Shown here one piece after another: positions 20,701 to 32,084 of a stretch of 64,000 nucleotides of DNA. The notes under the pieces were generated by a model that was not told the DNA's origin, did not search any database, and saw nothing but the letters and a program-made list of their open reading frames with translations. This stretch comes from an uncultured Planctomycetota bacterium (GTDB taxonomy: Bacteria > Planctomycetota > Planctomycetia > Isosphaerales > Isosphaeraceae): NCBI GenBank assembly GCA_963737655.1, contig CAVTTN010000002.1:5312001-5376000 (forward strand), given 5' to 3'. The stretch's first letter is position 1. Each line of letters begins with the position of its first letter. The translations under genes and the position numbers were made by a program.

Positions 20701-21186
20701 CTGGATCGTCGCGTAATTGCTCAGGTACAGGTTGTCGCGGGAGTTGTCGGGCGAGAAGAGGTTGACGATCATCAGCGTGCTGGGGGACTTCTTCTTGACC
20801 GTCACGCCGCGGCGCTTGACCAGCTCGGGGAGGATCGGCTCGGCCAGGCTCACGCGGTTCTGCACGAGGACCTGGGCCATGTTCAGGTCCACGCCGAGCT
20901 TGAACGTGACGGTGAGGGTGTACATGCCGTCGTTGGTGCATTGCGAGGACATGTACATCATGTTCTCGACGCCGTTGACCTGCTGCTCGATGGGCGCGGC
21001 CACGGTGTCGGCGACGACCTTCGAGTTGGCCCCCGGGTAATAGGCGGAGACCTCGACGGTCGGCGGGGTGATCTCGGGGTACTGGGCGACCGGGAGCGAC
21101 CCGACGGCGATCCCGCCGCCCAGGGTGATCACGATCGAGAGCACGGCGGCGAAGATCGGTCGGTCGATGAAGAACTTCGAGAACAT
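17795..21186 (-). CDS. RND (HAE1/AcrB-type) efflux permease 2, with apparent frameshift at ~19717
   Basis: Two ORFs (19528-21186 and 17795-19819) join into one AcrB-like protein: FFIDRPIFA, GIVVDDAIVVVE, KNAILIVEF, RLRPIMMT. The paralog has GCGCGGGCGAGAG where this copy has GCGCGGGGAGAG. Confidence 0.88.
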
Positions 21187-21199
21187 CGGCGGCCCTCTC

Positions 21200-24100
21200 T
21201 CACTTCTGCTCGACGAGCTCGGGGGTGGAGGCCGGCCCTCGGCCGATCTCGGGGTCCACGGCCTTCTTCTTGGGGGGAGTCTGGGCCATCCGGCGGGCGG
21301 CCCGGACCATCGACGGCACCGCCAGGATCAGGGCGCCACCCCCAGGGTCACCGCGTACAGGGCGACCCGCGCGGCCAGGCGGACCTTTCGGGACCTCAGC
21401 AGGCTCGTCTCGCCCAGCCTCTCGATCACGAAGAAGAACACCGGCGTGAGGAAGATCCCGAACAGGGTCACGCCCAGCATCCCGCTGAAGACCGTCGTGC
21501 CCAGGGTCCGCCTCATCTCGGCACCGGCCCCCTTGGAGAGCAGCAGGGGCAGGACGCCGAGGATGAACGCGAACGACGTCATGATGATCGGCCGGAGCCG
21601 CAGCGTGCAGGCGTCCAGGGCGGCCTGGCGGGGCGACTCGCCGGCATCCCGCCTCTGCTTGGCGAACTCGACGATCAGGATCGCGTTCTTGCTCGCCAGG
21701 CCGACGAGCACGACGAACCCGATCTGCGTGAAGATGTTGATGTCCTGCTTCGCCACCCACACGCCCATCACGGCGCTCAGCAGGCACATCGGCACCACCA
21801 GGATGATCGCCAGGGGGAGGCCCCAGCTCTCGTATTGCGCCGCCAGGACGAGGAAGACCATCACCACGGCCAATCCGAAGATCTTCATGGCCATGTTGCC
21901 GGCCTGGAGCTCCAGGTACGCCAGCTCGGTCCACTCGTAGGCCATCGACGGGTTCAGGCCCCGATCGGGGTCCTCGGCGAGCCTCTCCATCGTGGCGATG
22001 GCCTGGCCCGAGCTGACCCCGGGGGCCGCCGCCCCGTTGATCGGCGCCGCCGGGTACATGTTGTAGCGGGTGAGGACCAGCGGCCCGTTGACCTCCTCGA
22101 CCTTCGCCACCGCGCCCACGGGCACCATGTTGCCGTCGGAGTTGCGGACCTTCAGCCTCTGGACGCTCTCGATCGTGTTGCGGTAGCTCTGCTCGGCCTG
22201 GACGATCACCTGCCACGTCCGGCCGAAACGATTGAAATCGTTCACATAGAGCGAGCCGAGGTTGATTCGGAGCGTGTCGAAGAGGTCGCGGAGCAGGACC
22301 TTCTTGGTCATGCAGGCGGCGCGGTTCACGTCCACGAAGAGCTGGGGGACGTTGGCGCGGAAGACCGAGGCGAGGCCGACGATCGCGGGGTTGGACTTGG
22401 CCAGGGCGGCGACTTCCTCGGGCGTCTTGCCCCGGACGTCGATCCTGGGGTCGGGGACGTTGCGGGCCTGATCGACGAGGTTCTCGGTCTCCTGCTGGAG
22501 GACGAGGTTCTCGGCCTGGGCCTGGGTCAGCCGCTCCATCGTGGGTTGCTGGGGGGCGTCGAACTGGTCGCCGGGGCGCCTGGGGACGGGCTTCGCCGGC
22601 GGGGGGGGCCCGCCCCCCTTCTTCGCCTTCAGGTCGCTCGCCGAGACGTCCCCGCGACGCTCGATCATGAGCTTGAACCCGCCGGCCCGGCCCACCCCGC
22701 GGACCGGGGGAGGCCCGAGGACCGCGAACATCGCCTCGGGCACCTGCGCCGCGAACCTCGCCGTCAGCTCCTTGGCGATGGTGTCGCTGTCCTGGGCGAA
22801 CGGGACCCGCTCCGTGACCTTCTTGCCCGACTTGTCCAGGACCGGCTTGCCGTTCTTGAGGACCGGCCTCTCGATCCACTTCGACTCCCGCCGCTCGTCG
22901 AACGGCTCCAGGATCACGAACATCGAGCCGAAATTCGACCCGTTGGCGCTCAGCAGGAGCGATTGACCGGCGATCACCTGAGTATGCTTCACGCCGGGGA
23001 CCGTGCGGGCGATCCCCTCGGCCTTGTCCATGACCTTCCGGTTCCACTCGTCGGCCGTCGCGTCGGGCGACTGGACGTTGACGAGCAGGTACCCCATGTC
23101 CTGGCTCGGGATGAACCCGGTGGCCGTGTGGTTCAGGCCGTAATAGGTGTAGTAGAGCAGCCCGCCGTAGCCCGCCAGCACCAGGACCGCCGCGCGGAGC
23201 AGCCAGCCCACGGCCCTCGTGTAGCCGCCGGTGGCGAGCTTGAACGCGGCGTTGAACAGGCGGAAGAAGCCCGAGAGGACGCGGTCCAGGATCGGCCCGA
23301 GCACCCAGCCGAGGATCGCCCCGGCCCCCACGCTCGCCGAGAACGCGATCCACCACCGCGAATCGGCGGACGCCGTCAGGTGCCCCCACCGCAGCGCCTT
23401 GATCACGAGCGGTTCGGTCCGCGCGACCAGCAGCTCATACCCCGCGAACCCCAGGCCCGCCGAGTAGGCGACCCGGGGCAGGACGGCCCGGCCGCCGTGC
23501 CCCTTCGGCTTCAGGAGCAGGGCGGCCAGCGCGGGCGAGAGCGTCAGGCTGTTGAACGCCGAGATCACCGTGGAGACCGCGATCGTCAGCGCGAATTGCC
23601 GGAAGAACTGGCCGACGATCCCCGTGATGAACGCGCACGGCACGAACACCGCCGTGAGCACCAGGCCGATGGCGATGACCGGGCCGGAAACCTCGTCCAT
23701 CGCCTTGACGGTCGCGTCCCTGGGGCTCATCCCGTGCTCGATGTGGTGCTCCACCGCCTCGACCACCACGATCGCGTCGTCCACCACGATCCCGATCGCC
23801 AGGACCAGCCCGAACAGAGTCAGGTTATTCAGGGAGAACCCGAACGCCGCCATCGCCGCGAACGTGCCGATGATCGCCACCGGCACCGCGATCAGCGGGA
23901 TGACCGCCGACCGCCAGTTCTGCAGGAAGAGCAGGACCACCACCGCCACGAGCAAGATCGCCTCGCGCAACGTCTTGAAGACCTCGCCGATCGACTCGCG
24001 GATGAACGGGGTGGTGTCGTACCGGACCTCGTAATCCACCCCGGGCGGGAATTCCTTCTTCATCTCCTCCATCTTGGCCTTGATGATGTCGGCGGTGTCC

Positions 24101-25005
24101 AGCGCGTTGGCGTCGGGGAGCTGGAAGATGGCGAGGCTCATCGCGGGGCGGGTGTTCACGCGGCTGCTGATGTCTTGATTCTTGGCCCCCATCTCGACCC
24201 GGGCCACGTCCCGGAGCCGGACGACCCGGTTGTCCTGGCCGGTCTTGACGATGATCCTCTCGTACTGCTCGGGCTCGGTCAGGCGGCCCAGGGTGCTCAG
24301 GGGGACCTGGAGCTCCTGGCCCTTGGGGACCGGCTGCTGGCCGATCTGCCCGGTCGCGACCTGCAGATTCTGCTCGCGGAGGGCCCGGACGACGTCGCCG
24401 GCCTGCATGTTCCGGGCGGCGAGCCGGTCCGGGTCGATCCAGACCCTCATGCTGTAGTCGCGCTGGCCCAGCATCCGAACTTCGCTGACGCCCGGGAGCC
24501 TCGCCAGCTCGTCCTTGAGCTGGATCAGGGCGTAATTGCTCAGGTAGAGCTGGTCGCGGGAGTTGTCCGGCGAGGTCAGGGCCACCGCCATGAGGATGTC
24601 CGGCGACTGCTTGCGGACGTCCACGCCGGTCTGCTTCAGGACGTCGGGGAGCTGGGGCAGCGCCAGGCTGACCCGGTTCTGCACCAGGACCTGGGCCAGG
24701 TTCAGGTCGATCCCGTGCCGGAAGGTGACGGTCAAGTTGTACGAACCGTCATTCGTACATTGCGAGGACATGTACATCATGTTGTCCACGCCGTTGACCT
24801 GCTGCTCGATCGGCGTGGCGACGGTCTCGGAGACGACCAGCGCGTTGGCCCCGGGGTAGGTGGCCGTCACGGAGACCGTCGGCGGGGCGATCTGCGGGTA
24901 CTGCGCGATCGGCAGGTTGAACAGCGCGATCCCGCCGGCCAGGGTGATCACGATCGAGAGGACCGAGGCGAAGATCGGGCGGTCGATGAAAAATCGCGAG
25001 ATCAA
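21200..25005 (-). CDS. RND (HAE1/AcrB-type) efflux permease 1, probable C-terminal frameshift at ~21335
   Basis: 1225 aa ORF with all AcrB motifs. The alternate frame continues to TGA 21200, just before the RBS and ATG of permease 2. Confidence 0.88.
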
Positions 25006-25118
25006 GGGCCGAGCTCCGGGAAGGGGCCGGGGCGTCTCACACGGGGGAGGACCGGGGCGGGCCGCGCGGGGGGATCGCGGCCGGTTCGAGAGGCCGACGC
25101 CGACGCGTCGGGAGGCGA

Positions 25119-26396
25119 TCAGGAGGCCGGGGCGGGCTTCTTCTCCTCCGCCGGCTTCTCCCCGGCCGGCTTGGCCTCGTCCCGGGCCTTCCCCGGGGCC
25201 CCGGACCGGGAGGACTCGGTCCCGGCCGGCCGGGGGTCCACCTTCAGCTTCGGCTTGACCCTCTGGAGGCCGCTGACCACGACCCGCTCTCCCGGCTTCA
25301 ACCCCGAGTTGATGGCCCGGAGGCCGCCGGGATTCAGGCTGCCGACCTCGACGATCCGGTACTCGACCTCATCCTTGCCGTTGACCACGTACAGGAACTT
25401 CCGCCCCTGGTCGGTGCCCAGCGCCTTCTCGGGGACGAGCACGGCCTCGTGGGGCCGCCCCACCGGCAGGCGCACTTTCATGTACATCCCGGGAGACAGG
25501 CCCCTCGGCTTGTTCTCCTCGCCGGGCCGCTTCGCGTTGGGGATCGTGGCCCGGACGCGGAGGGTCCCGGTGCTGGGATCGAGCCGGTTCTCGCTGAAGT
25601 CGATCGATCCCTGGTGGGGGAAGCCGCTGTCCTCGGACAGGGCCCCGTAGACCGGCACGGTCGCCTCCTGGCGGGACTCCATCTTCCCCTCGCGGATCAT
25701 CTTGCGGATCTTCTGGACGGTCCTCTCGTCGATGTCGAAGTAGACATAGATGGGGTCCAGCGCCACGATGGTGGTCAGCGGGGTGTCGTCGGCCTTGACG
25801 AGGTTCCCCGGGTCGACCTGCCGGCGGCTGGCCAGGCCGGAGATCGGCGCCAGGACCCTGGTGAAGTTCAGGTTGAGCTTGGCCAGGTCGCGATTGGCCC
25901 GCGCGATCCCCACCGCGGCGCCGGCCTCGGAGTAGTCGCCGGCCACCTGGTCGTATTCCTGGCTGCTGAGGACCTCGCGGCCCTTGAGGCTCCGGGCCCG
26001 GTTGAAGTCGCGGGTGAGCTTGTCGTAATGGGCCTCGGCCTGGTTCACCGCGGCCTCGGTCCGGGCGACCTCGGCGGCGTACTGCCTCGGGTCGATCTCG
26101 AAGAGGACCTGGTTCTCCTTGACCTCGTCGCCGTCCTTGAAGTTGATCTTGTCGAGGTAGCCGGAGACCCGCGACCGGACCTCGACGGTCCGATAGGCGG
26201 CGGTCTGGCCGACGAATTCCTCGAAGTCGCTCACGGTGTCGGTCGTCGGCACGTCCACCAGGACGACCGGGGGGGGCGGAGGGCCCGCCGCCGGCGGCTG
26301 GACGTTGCAACCGACCAGGCTCAGGGCCGGCAGCACCAGCCCGAGGGCCCGGCTCGCCCCTCGGGCCGTCCACCGTCGTCCGATCGCAAGACGCAT
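25119..26396 (-). CDS. RND periplasmic adaptor (membrane fusion lipoprotein)
   Basis: Lipobox-like LVGC, VEVRSRVSGYL, APISG and DPSTGTLRVRA. Confidence 0.93.
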   Translation of the reverse strand: MRLAIGRRWTARGASRALGLVLPALSLVGCNVQPPAAGPPPPPVVLVDVPTTDTVSDFEEFVGQTAAYRTVEVRSRVSGYLDKINFKDGDEVKENQVLFEIDPRQYAAEVARTEAAVNQAEAHYDKLTRDFNRARSLKGREVLSSQEYDQVAGDYSEAGAAVGIARANRDLAKLNLNFTRVLAPISGLASRRQVDPGNLVKADDTPLTTIVALDPIYVYFDIDERTVQKIRKMIREGKMESRQEATVPVYGALSEDSGFPHQGSIDFSENRLDPSTGTLRVRATIPNAKRPGEENKPRGLSPGMYMKVRLPVGRPHEAVLVPEKALGTDQGRKFLYVVNGKDEVEYRIVEVGSLNPGGLRAINSGLKPGERVVVSGLQRVKPKLKVDPRPAGTESSRSGAPGKARDEAKPAGEKPAEEKKPAPAS

Positions 26397-26465
26397 CGCT
26401 GGGGATCTCCTGGGGAAGCGCCCGTCGGGGGCCGGGCTTCGGGCGGGTTCGTGGGATCGTCGGCC

Positions 26466-27122
26466 TTATTCGGGAGGGGGGGCGTCGGCGGGGGCGTCGG
26501 TCCGGGCCCTCTCCGCCTCGCTCAGGATGCCCCGCAACACCACGTCGAGGATCTCGTCGGCCTGCTCGGCCGTGGATTTGGTCTGGCCGTTGAAATAGTT
26601 GACGAAGACCGTCCCATACAGGAGCTGGCCGACGACGTCCGAGATCCGCTCGGCCGACATCCGCCGGAGCCTCCCCTGCTCCATCATCGAGCGGTACAAG
26701 TCCCGCCACTGGCGGACGTTCCGCTCCCGATGCTCGAAATACGTCGGCCGCTTCCGGTCGCGGAACAGGGCCCGCTCCTGCATCAGCAGCTCGACGACCT
26801 CCGGGTGTTGCTCGAAGAATTCGAGGTAGGTGCGGACCCCGACGGCGATCCGTTCCAACGGGTCGTCCACGCCGTCCAGCGCCGCCTCCTGGAACTCGCG
26901 GAGCCGGAGCATCCCCCGGTCCACGGCCGCCAGGAACAGCTCGCGCTTGCTGGCGAAGTGGCGGTAGAGCGTCCCCTTGCCCACCCCCAGCCGGCAGACC
27001 AGCCTCTGGGTGTCGGCGTCGTTGAAGCCATGCTCGGCGAACAGGGCCGTCGCGGCGTCCAGGATCTCCTGACGACCGCACGAGCCCCGATCCCCCACCT
27101 TCTCCCCGGTCGTCTCCGCCAC
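26466..27122 (-). CDS. TetR/AcrR family regulator
   Basis: ILDAATALFAEHGF...GVGKGTLYRHFASKRELF; GTG 27122 is preceded by GGAGG. Confidence 0.92.
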   Translation of the reverse strand: MAETTGEKVGDRGSCGRQEILDAATALFAEHGFNDADTQRLVCRLGVGKGTLYRHFASKRELFLAAVDRGMLRLREFQEAALDGVDDPLERIAVGVRTYLEFFEQHPEVVELLMQERALFRDRKRPTYFEHRERNVRQWRDLYRSMMEQGRLRRMSAERISDVVGQLLYGTVFVNYFNGQTKSTAEQADEILDVVLRGILSEAERARTDAPADAPPPE

Positions 27123-27141
27123 CGAATCCCTCCCCGCCACC

Positions 27142-27159
27142 GGACTGACTGGTCAGTCC
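27142..27159. promoter_or_regulatory. Candidate TetR operator
   Basis: Perfect inverted repeat GGACTGAC-TG-GTCAGTCC, just downstream of a minus-strand TAGAAT (27166-27171). Confidence 0.7.
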
Positions 27160-27239
27160 AGGGGGATTCTAGCGCCGAGTCAAGGGATTGCGCGGATTTC
27201 TCCCGGAAGACGGCTGGGGCCCGTCCCGCGGGGGATCGT

Positions 27240-28303
27240 TCAGGGCTTCCGCCCGGACCGCCACCGACGGCCCACCCGGGCGGGGGATGGATCCTCGTCG
27301 GCCGGGCCGAGGATCATGAGGAGCGATTCGGTCAGGGCCCGGGGCAGGTGCCGTGCCGAGGATCGGAGCCGGGACCGGCCGGTCAGGTCGCCGTGGCCGC
27401 ACTCCAGGACGCCGAGATTCGTCCCGAAACCGGGCAGGGACTGGTCCTCGACGGCCACCAGCCCGTCGTTGGGCCCGACGCAGAAGCTCAAATACAGCCC
27501 GGTGATCCGGCGGAACAGGCCGTGGCCGTCGGGCGGGCAGGCCGAGGCGAGGAAGAACGTCCTGGGCCCGACGATCGGCACCGCCCCGGCGCGGTCGGCC
27601 AGCCGCTTCGACCAGAACGCGCGGGACTCGGACCGGGTCAGGCCGACCATCCCCCCGTGCCTCCCCTTGCGGACGAACCGCCGCTCGACCCCGGCGATCA
27701 CCCGGGCGAGGACGCGGAGCCTGGCCGGCATCCTCGGGTCGAGCTCGGCCCCGTCCCCCCCGAGATAATCGGCCAGCGCGGACCCGCCGAACGGCCCCTG
27801 GATCAGGAACAGCGCCTCGACCCGGTCGCGGACGAACCCGGGATGGTCCAGGGCGAACGCCAGGGCGTCGCATGCCCCCCGGCTATGGGCGATCACCACC
27901 AGGCGCTGGGGCCCTCGGCGGCGATCGCTTCGAGCCGGTCCCGGACGGCCGCCTCGTTCTCCTCCGAGGTCTCCCGCGAGCTCGGGAAGACGAAATGGAT
28001 GTGCTTTCGAGGGACGCCCCGCTCGCGAAGCTCCCGGGCGTTCTCCGAGAAATACCCCGAGACACCCGCCCCGCCGAACCCGCCCACGAACACGTAGCGG
28101 AACCGTCGGGCGTTCCTCGCCACGGACGGGGGCACGTCCAGGTTCCCATCGCGGGCCGATTCGAACAGGGTCCGAAACGATTCCGACGAGATCGCCGGCG
28201 CCTGGGCCGACGGCCCATCGGCCAGGCCGACGGAAACGGCCAACCAGAGCGAGAACGCGACCATCGGAGGGGCCTCCCTGCGAACGAAACCGATCCCGGC
28301 CAT
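27240..28303 (-). CDS. Secreted alpha/beta hydrolase (lipase-like), apparent frameshift at ~27912
   Basis: YVFVGGF in ORF 27893-28303; VVIAHSRG, IQGPFGGS, PNDGLV and GHGD in the downstream frame. Confidence 0.72.
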
Positions 28304-28354
28304 CCCCTCCCAGCCTAAGCCGACTCGCTCCGGGCCGCAAGCGCCGGGTGCCTT

Positions 28355-29323
28355 TCACACACCCGACGGGTGGCCCATCCCCACCCTGGCCAGCAGCTTC
28401 GCCCCGGCGTCCTTGGCGAGATCGACGGCCCCGCCGACCCTCGCCACCGAGGCCCGGAAGATCGCCCTGGAGATCCTGGAGGTGCCCTCGGAGACGATCC
28501 CGCCGAGCATCTTCGCCGCTTCGGCCGTCGCGGCCCGCCGCAACGCCGACCTGGGCACCTCGGTCGTCGCCGCGCAGTACCTCCGGGCGATCATCCCCAC
28601 GCGGAGCGTCAAGAAGGCGTTGGCGCTGCCGCTCAGGACGCAGTTCGCCAGGATCGTCCCGGCGACGTGGAGCCCCGGGACGCTCGCGCCCAGGGACCCG
28701 ATGGCCGACGACAGGATCGGCTCGACCCCTTCGGCCAGGTCGAGGTCTTGCATCTCGCCCGCGAGGAACGCGGTGCCGGCCACGTTGGCGTAAAGGCCCG
28801 TCATCTCCCGAACTGTCGGCCTCTGATGGTACAGATGGGCGATCTTCCAGACCATCTTCGTCTGCGCCGCCAGGACGAGAAATCCGTCGAGCCGACCGCT
28901 CTGCGAGACCGCCGTGGCCAGGAATACGCTCGACGCCGCCTCCCGGACGATCGCATCGGATTTCGTCGAAAGGACTTGCAACGCCTCCTCGATCTGACCG
29001 CGATCGGCCAGACTCCGGCCGGCCAGCAGAGGATTCTCGGCCAGACGGCCGCCCAGGGCCTTCAAATGGGCGTCGAACTCCGGCCCGGAGGCCTCGGCCG
29101 GCGGGACGAGCGCCCCGGGGAGCCGGAAGAACAGGACGATCGGCACCCCGACACACGCCCCATAGGCCGAGACCAGGGTCCAGAGCGTGATCGTGCCGAG
29201 CGTCGGGTCGACCGATCGGGCCAGCTCGACCACGCCGACGGTCTGGTTCACGACCACCACGCCGAACGTCAGCAAGACGCCCCCGCCGAGGAGGAACGTC
29301 GCGAGGCGAAGGGTCCGGCTCAT
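28355..29323 (-). CDS. DUF697/YcjF-like membrane protein
   Basis: Two N-terminal TM segments; TAVSQSGRLDG and NAFLTLRVG. Confidence 0.7.
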   Translation of the reverse strand: MSRTLRLATFLLGGGVLLTFGVVVVNQTVGVVELARSVDPTLGTITLWTLVSAYGACVGVPIVLFFRLPGALVPPAEASGPEFDAHLKALGGRLAENPLLAGRSLADRGQIEEALQVLSTKSDAIVREAASSVFLATAVSQSGRLDGFLVLAAQTKMVWKIAHLYHQRPTVREMTGLYANVAGTAFLAGEMQDLDLAEGVEPILSSAIGSLGASVPGLHVAGTILANCVLSGSANAFLTLRVGMIARRYCAATTEVPRSALRRAATAEAAKMLGGIVSEGTSRISRAIFRASVARVGGAVDLAKDAGAKLLARVGMGHPSGV

Positions 29324-29423
29324 GGCGAAAGGGCCTTCCGGGTCCATCGGGAGGGGCGGGGACGAACGCTCATGGGTTGTTCGTCGCCCGCGCCTCATTC
29401 TTGACCGAAAACGCCCGGATCAC

Positions 29424-30329
29424 TTACTTCAGGGGACGCCCCTGGATCGGCTGGCCGTCGGTGGTGAGGATCTGGAAGTGATGGATTCCGGGCTTCGAGG
29501 GGTCGCGGAACGTCCAGACGATCTTCTTGTCGGGCGAGACCTCGGTGAGCCTCACGTCGTCGCCCTGGGCGTGGTGGCTGGTGATCACGGTGTCGCCGTT
29601 GGGGAGCCTCTGGACCCCGCAGGCGTCGTTGATCGGTCGGCCGGGGAGGTCGTCGTTGGTCACTTGCCAGACGGTCTTGCCCTTCGGGTCGACCTCGATC
29701 ACCAGGTTGCCCAGGGTGCAGCCGATCAGGGTGTTCCCGTCGTCGAGCCGGATCGCGGTGAACGGCATGTCGGGCGTCTTGACCTCCCAGACGACCTCCC
29801 CCTTGGCGTCGTACTCGCGGACCACCTTATCCAGCAGTTGCGGGACGAGGTAATGGCCGTTGGCGAGCTTCCGGGCCATCCGGGTCTGGAGGTGGTGGTC
29901 CTTGGTCTGGGCCTTCAGGGGGACTTCCAAGGTCGGCTTGCCCTGGGCGTTCAGCTCGATCAATCGAGGATGGTCGCCGGCCTCGGAGAGCAAGACGCCG
30001 CCCCCGGGCAGGGGCTGGACGGTGTTGACCTCCGATTGCGTCCCCTTGTACTGGAGGACGATCGTCCCATCCCTGGCCAGCTCGACCACGCCCCCGCCGG
30101 GGAACTCCGCGCTCTTGTTCACGGCGAGGAGGACGACGCCATCGGGCAAGACCCAGCCGTCTCTTGAGGCATACGGGAAGGTTTTCGTGACGTTCCCGGC
30201 GTCGTCGCGAAGGTACGTGGCCCCTCCGCAGGCGAGGAACGCGTGGGTGACCTTCGGCGGCGGGTCGTCGGCCCGGGGGGTGGCGAGGGTGGCGAGCAAG
30301 AGGGCCGCGATTCGGGAGAGGATCGGCAT
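29424..30329 (-). CDS. Secreted beta-propeller repeat protein
   Basis: Signal peptide; repeated RLxNG(N/D)T(L/V)I...E...GxxVW units. Confidence 0.75.
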   Translation of the reverse strand: MPILSRIAALLLATLATPRADDPPPKVTHAFLACGGATYLRDDAGNVTKTFPYASRDGWVLPDGVVLLAVNKSAEFPGGGVVELARDGTIVLQYKGTQSEVNTVQPLPGGGVLLSEAGDHPRLIELNAQGKPTLEVPLKAQTKDHHLQTRMARKLANGHYLVPQLLDKVVREYDAKGEVVWEVKTPDMPFTAIRLDDGNTLIGCTLGNLVIEVDPKGKTVWQVTNDDLPGRPINDACGVQRLPNGDTVITSHHAQGDDVRLTEVSPDKKIVWTFRDPSKPGIHHFQILTTDGQPIQGRPLK

Positions 30330-30363
30330 GGTGGGGCCTCGTTGGGGTTCATCGGGAAAACGT

Positions 30364-32028
30364 TCATCCTTCGCCCAGGGCCCGGTGGATGAACTGGACG
30401 ACGATCGAGCCTTCGCCCACGGCCGAGGCCACGCGCTTGACCGACCCCGAGCGGACGTCCCCGACGGCATAGATCCTCGGCACGCTCGTCTCGAAGAGGG
30501 TCGGCCGCTTGCCCGAGGGCCAGTCGGCGGGGTCGAGGGCCTCGGGCGGGATGTCGGGCCCGGTGCGGACGAACCCCTTGTCGTCCAGGAGGACGCAGCG
30601 GGACACCCATCCGGTGCAGGGCCTCGCGCCAATGAAGAGGAACAGGCTGGTGACGTCCAGGTCCGCCGTCGTCCCCGCTTTCCGGTCCGCGACCTGCACG
30701 GCCGAGAGGCAGCCCTCGTCGTTGGCCACGAGCCCGACGACCTCGGAACATCCGTGGACGTGAATATTCGGCGCCTCGTCGATCCGGCGGATCAAGTACC
30801 GCGACATCGTCTCGGAGAGGTCGGGCCGCCGGATCAGGATATGGACCGATTTGGCCTTCCTCGAGAGATAGACGGCCCCCTGCCCGGCCGAGTTCCCCCC
30901 GCCGACGAGCGCCACGTCCTGCCCGGCGCAGAGGTCGGCCTCCATCGCCGAGGCGCCGTAATAGATCCCGCACCCCTCGTATTTCTCGGCCCCGGGCACG
31001 TCCAGACGCTGGTACTTCGCCCCGGAGGCGATCACGATCGAGCGGCCCTTGACCTCCCGGCCGTCGGAGAACGTGACGGTGTACAGCCCGCCGGACCGGC
31101 CGAGCTTCGCCGCTTCCACCGGGTTCGCCAGGCGGGTGCCGAACTTCTGGGCCTGGACGAACGCCCTCTGGGCCAGGTCGTGGCCGGAGATCCCCGTGGG
31201 GAAGCCCAGGTAGTTCTCGATCTTCGAGCTCGTCCCGGCCTGGCCGCCGAAGCCCAGGGCGTCCACGGCCATGACCGACAGCCCTTCCGACGCCGCATAG
31301 ACCGACGCCGCCAAACCCGCCGGGCCTCCGCCGACGACGATCACGTCGCACGGCGCCTCCTGATGGACCACGTCGAAGCCCAACGCGGCGGCGATCGCGG
31401 AATCGGGCGGGTTCCGGTACACGTCCTTGTCGCGATGGAGGACGATCGGCGTCTCCTCGACCTTCACGCCCAGGTGTTCCAAGAGGGCGGCGGCCCCGGC
31501 GTCTTCTTCCAGGTCGAGGAAGGTGAACGGCTGGCTGTTCCGGGTGAAGAACTCGCGGATGCGGTGGGTGTCCCGGCTGTACCGCGAGCCGATCACCTTG
31601 GCGGTCCCGTACCCCCCTTCGATCAGGCGGGACCGGCGAATCAGGAAGGTCCGGAGGATCAAATCGCTGAGCTCGGAATCCTCGACGACGACCCTCTGGA
31701 GCTGCTGGGGGGAGATCCGCAGGACCTCGCCGTCCTCGGCGGTCCGCGCCTGGACGACGGCGGCGCGGCCGCTGAGCGTCGAGAGGTCGCCGATGAACTG
31801 GCGGGCGTCGGGCCGGACGACCACGCGGAAGCCCTCGGCCACGTACTGGCGGATCTCGACCGCGCCCGAGAGCACGACGAAGAAATCAATCGTCGTGTCC
31901 CCCTCGTCGAACAGGAGGTCCCCCTCGCGGATCGCCTGCCGGGTGGCATACGGCTCCAATCGGGCGATCTGCTCGGCCGACAGCCGGGGGGAAATCTCGG
32001 ACGATCCGTCCTCCGTGGCATCCACCAT
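30364..32028 (-). CDS. cNMP-binding domain fused to thioredoxin-reductase-like flavoprotein
   Basis: N-terminal LFDEGD...FFVVLSGAVEI (cNMP domain); GGGPAG, GTSSKIENYLGFPTG, GGGNSAG and AVGDVR. Confidence 0.88.
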   Translation of the reverse strand: MVDATEDGSSEISPRLSAEQIARLEPYATRQAIREGDLLFDEGDTTIDFFVVLSGAVEIRQYVAEGFRVVVRPDARQFIGDLSTLSGRAAVVQARTAEDGEVLRISPQQLQRVVVEDSELSDLILRTFLIRRSRLIEGGYGTAKVIGSRYSRDTHRIREFFTRNSQPFTFLDLEEDAGAAALLEHLGVKVEETPIVLHRDKDVYRNPPDSAIAAALGFDVVHQEAPCDVIVVGGGPAGLAASVYAASEGLSVMAVDALGFGGQAGTSSKIENYLGFPTGISGHDLAQRAFVQAQKFGTRLANPVEAAKLGRSGGLYTVTFSDGREVKGRSIVIASGAKYQRLDVPGAEKYEGCGIYYGASAMEADLCAGQDVALVGGGNSAGQGAVYLSRKAKSVHILIRRPDLSETMSRYLIRRIDEAPNIHVHGCSEVVGLVANDEGCLSAVQVADRKAGTTADLDVTSLFLFIGARPCTGWVSRCVLLDDKGFVRTGPDIPPEALDPADWPSGKRPTLFETSVPRIYAVGDVRSGSVKRVASAVGEGSIVVQFIHRALGEG

Positions 32029-32084
32029 CGCGGGAACTCCGTCGGGATCGGGCGGGAGGCCGATGGCCGGAATGTAGCAAAACG

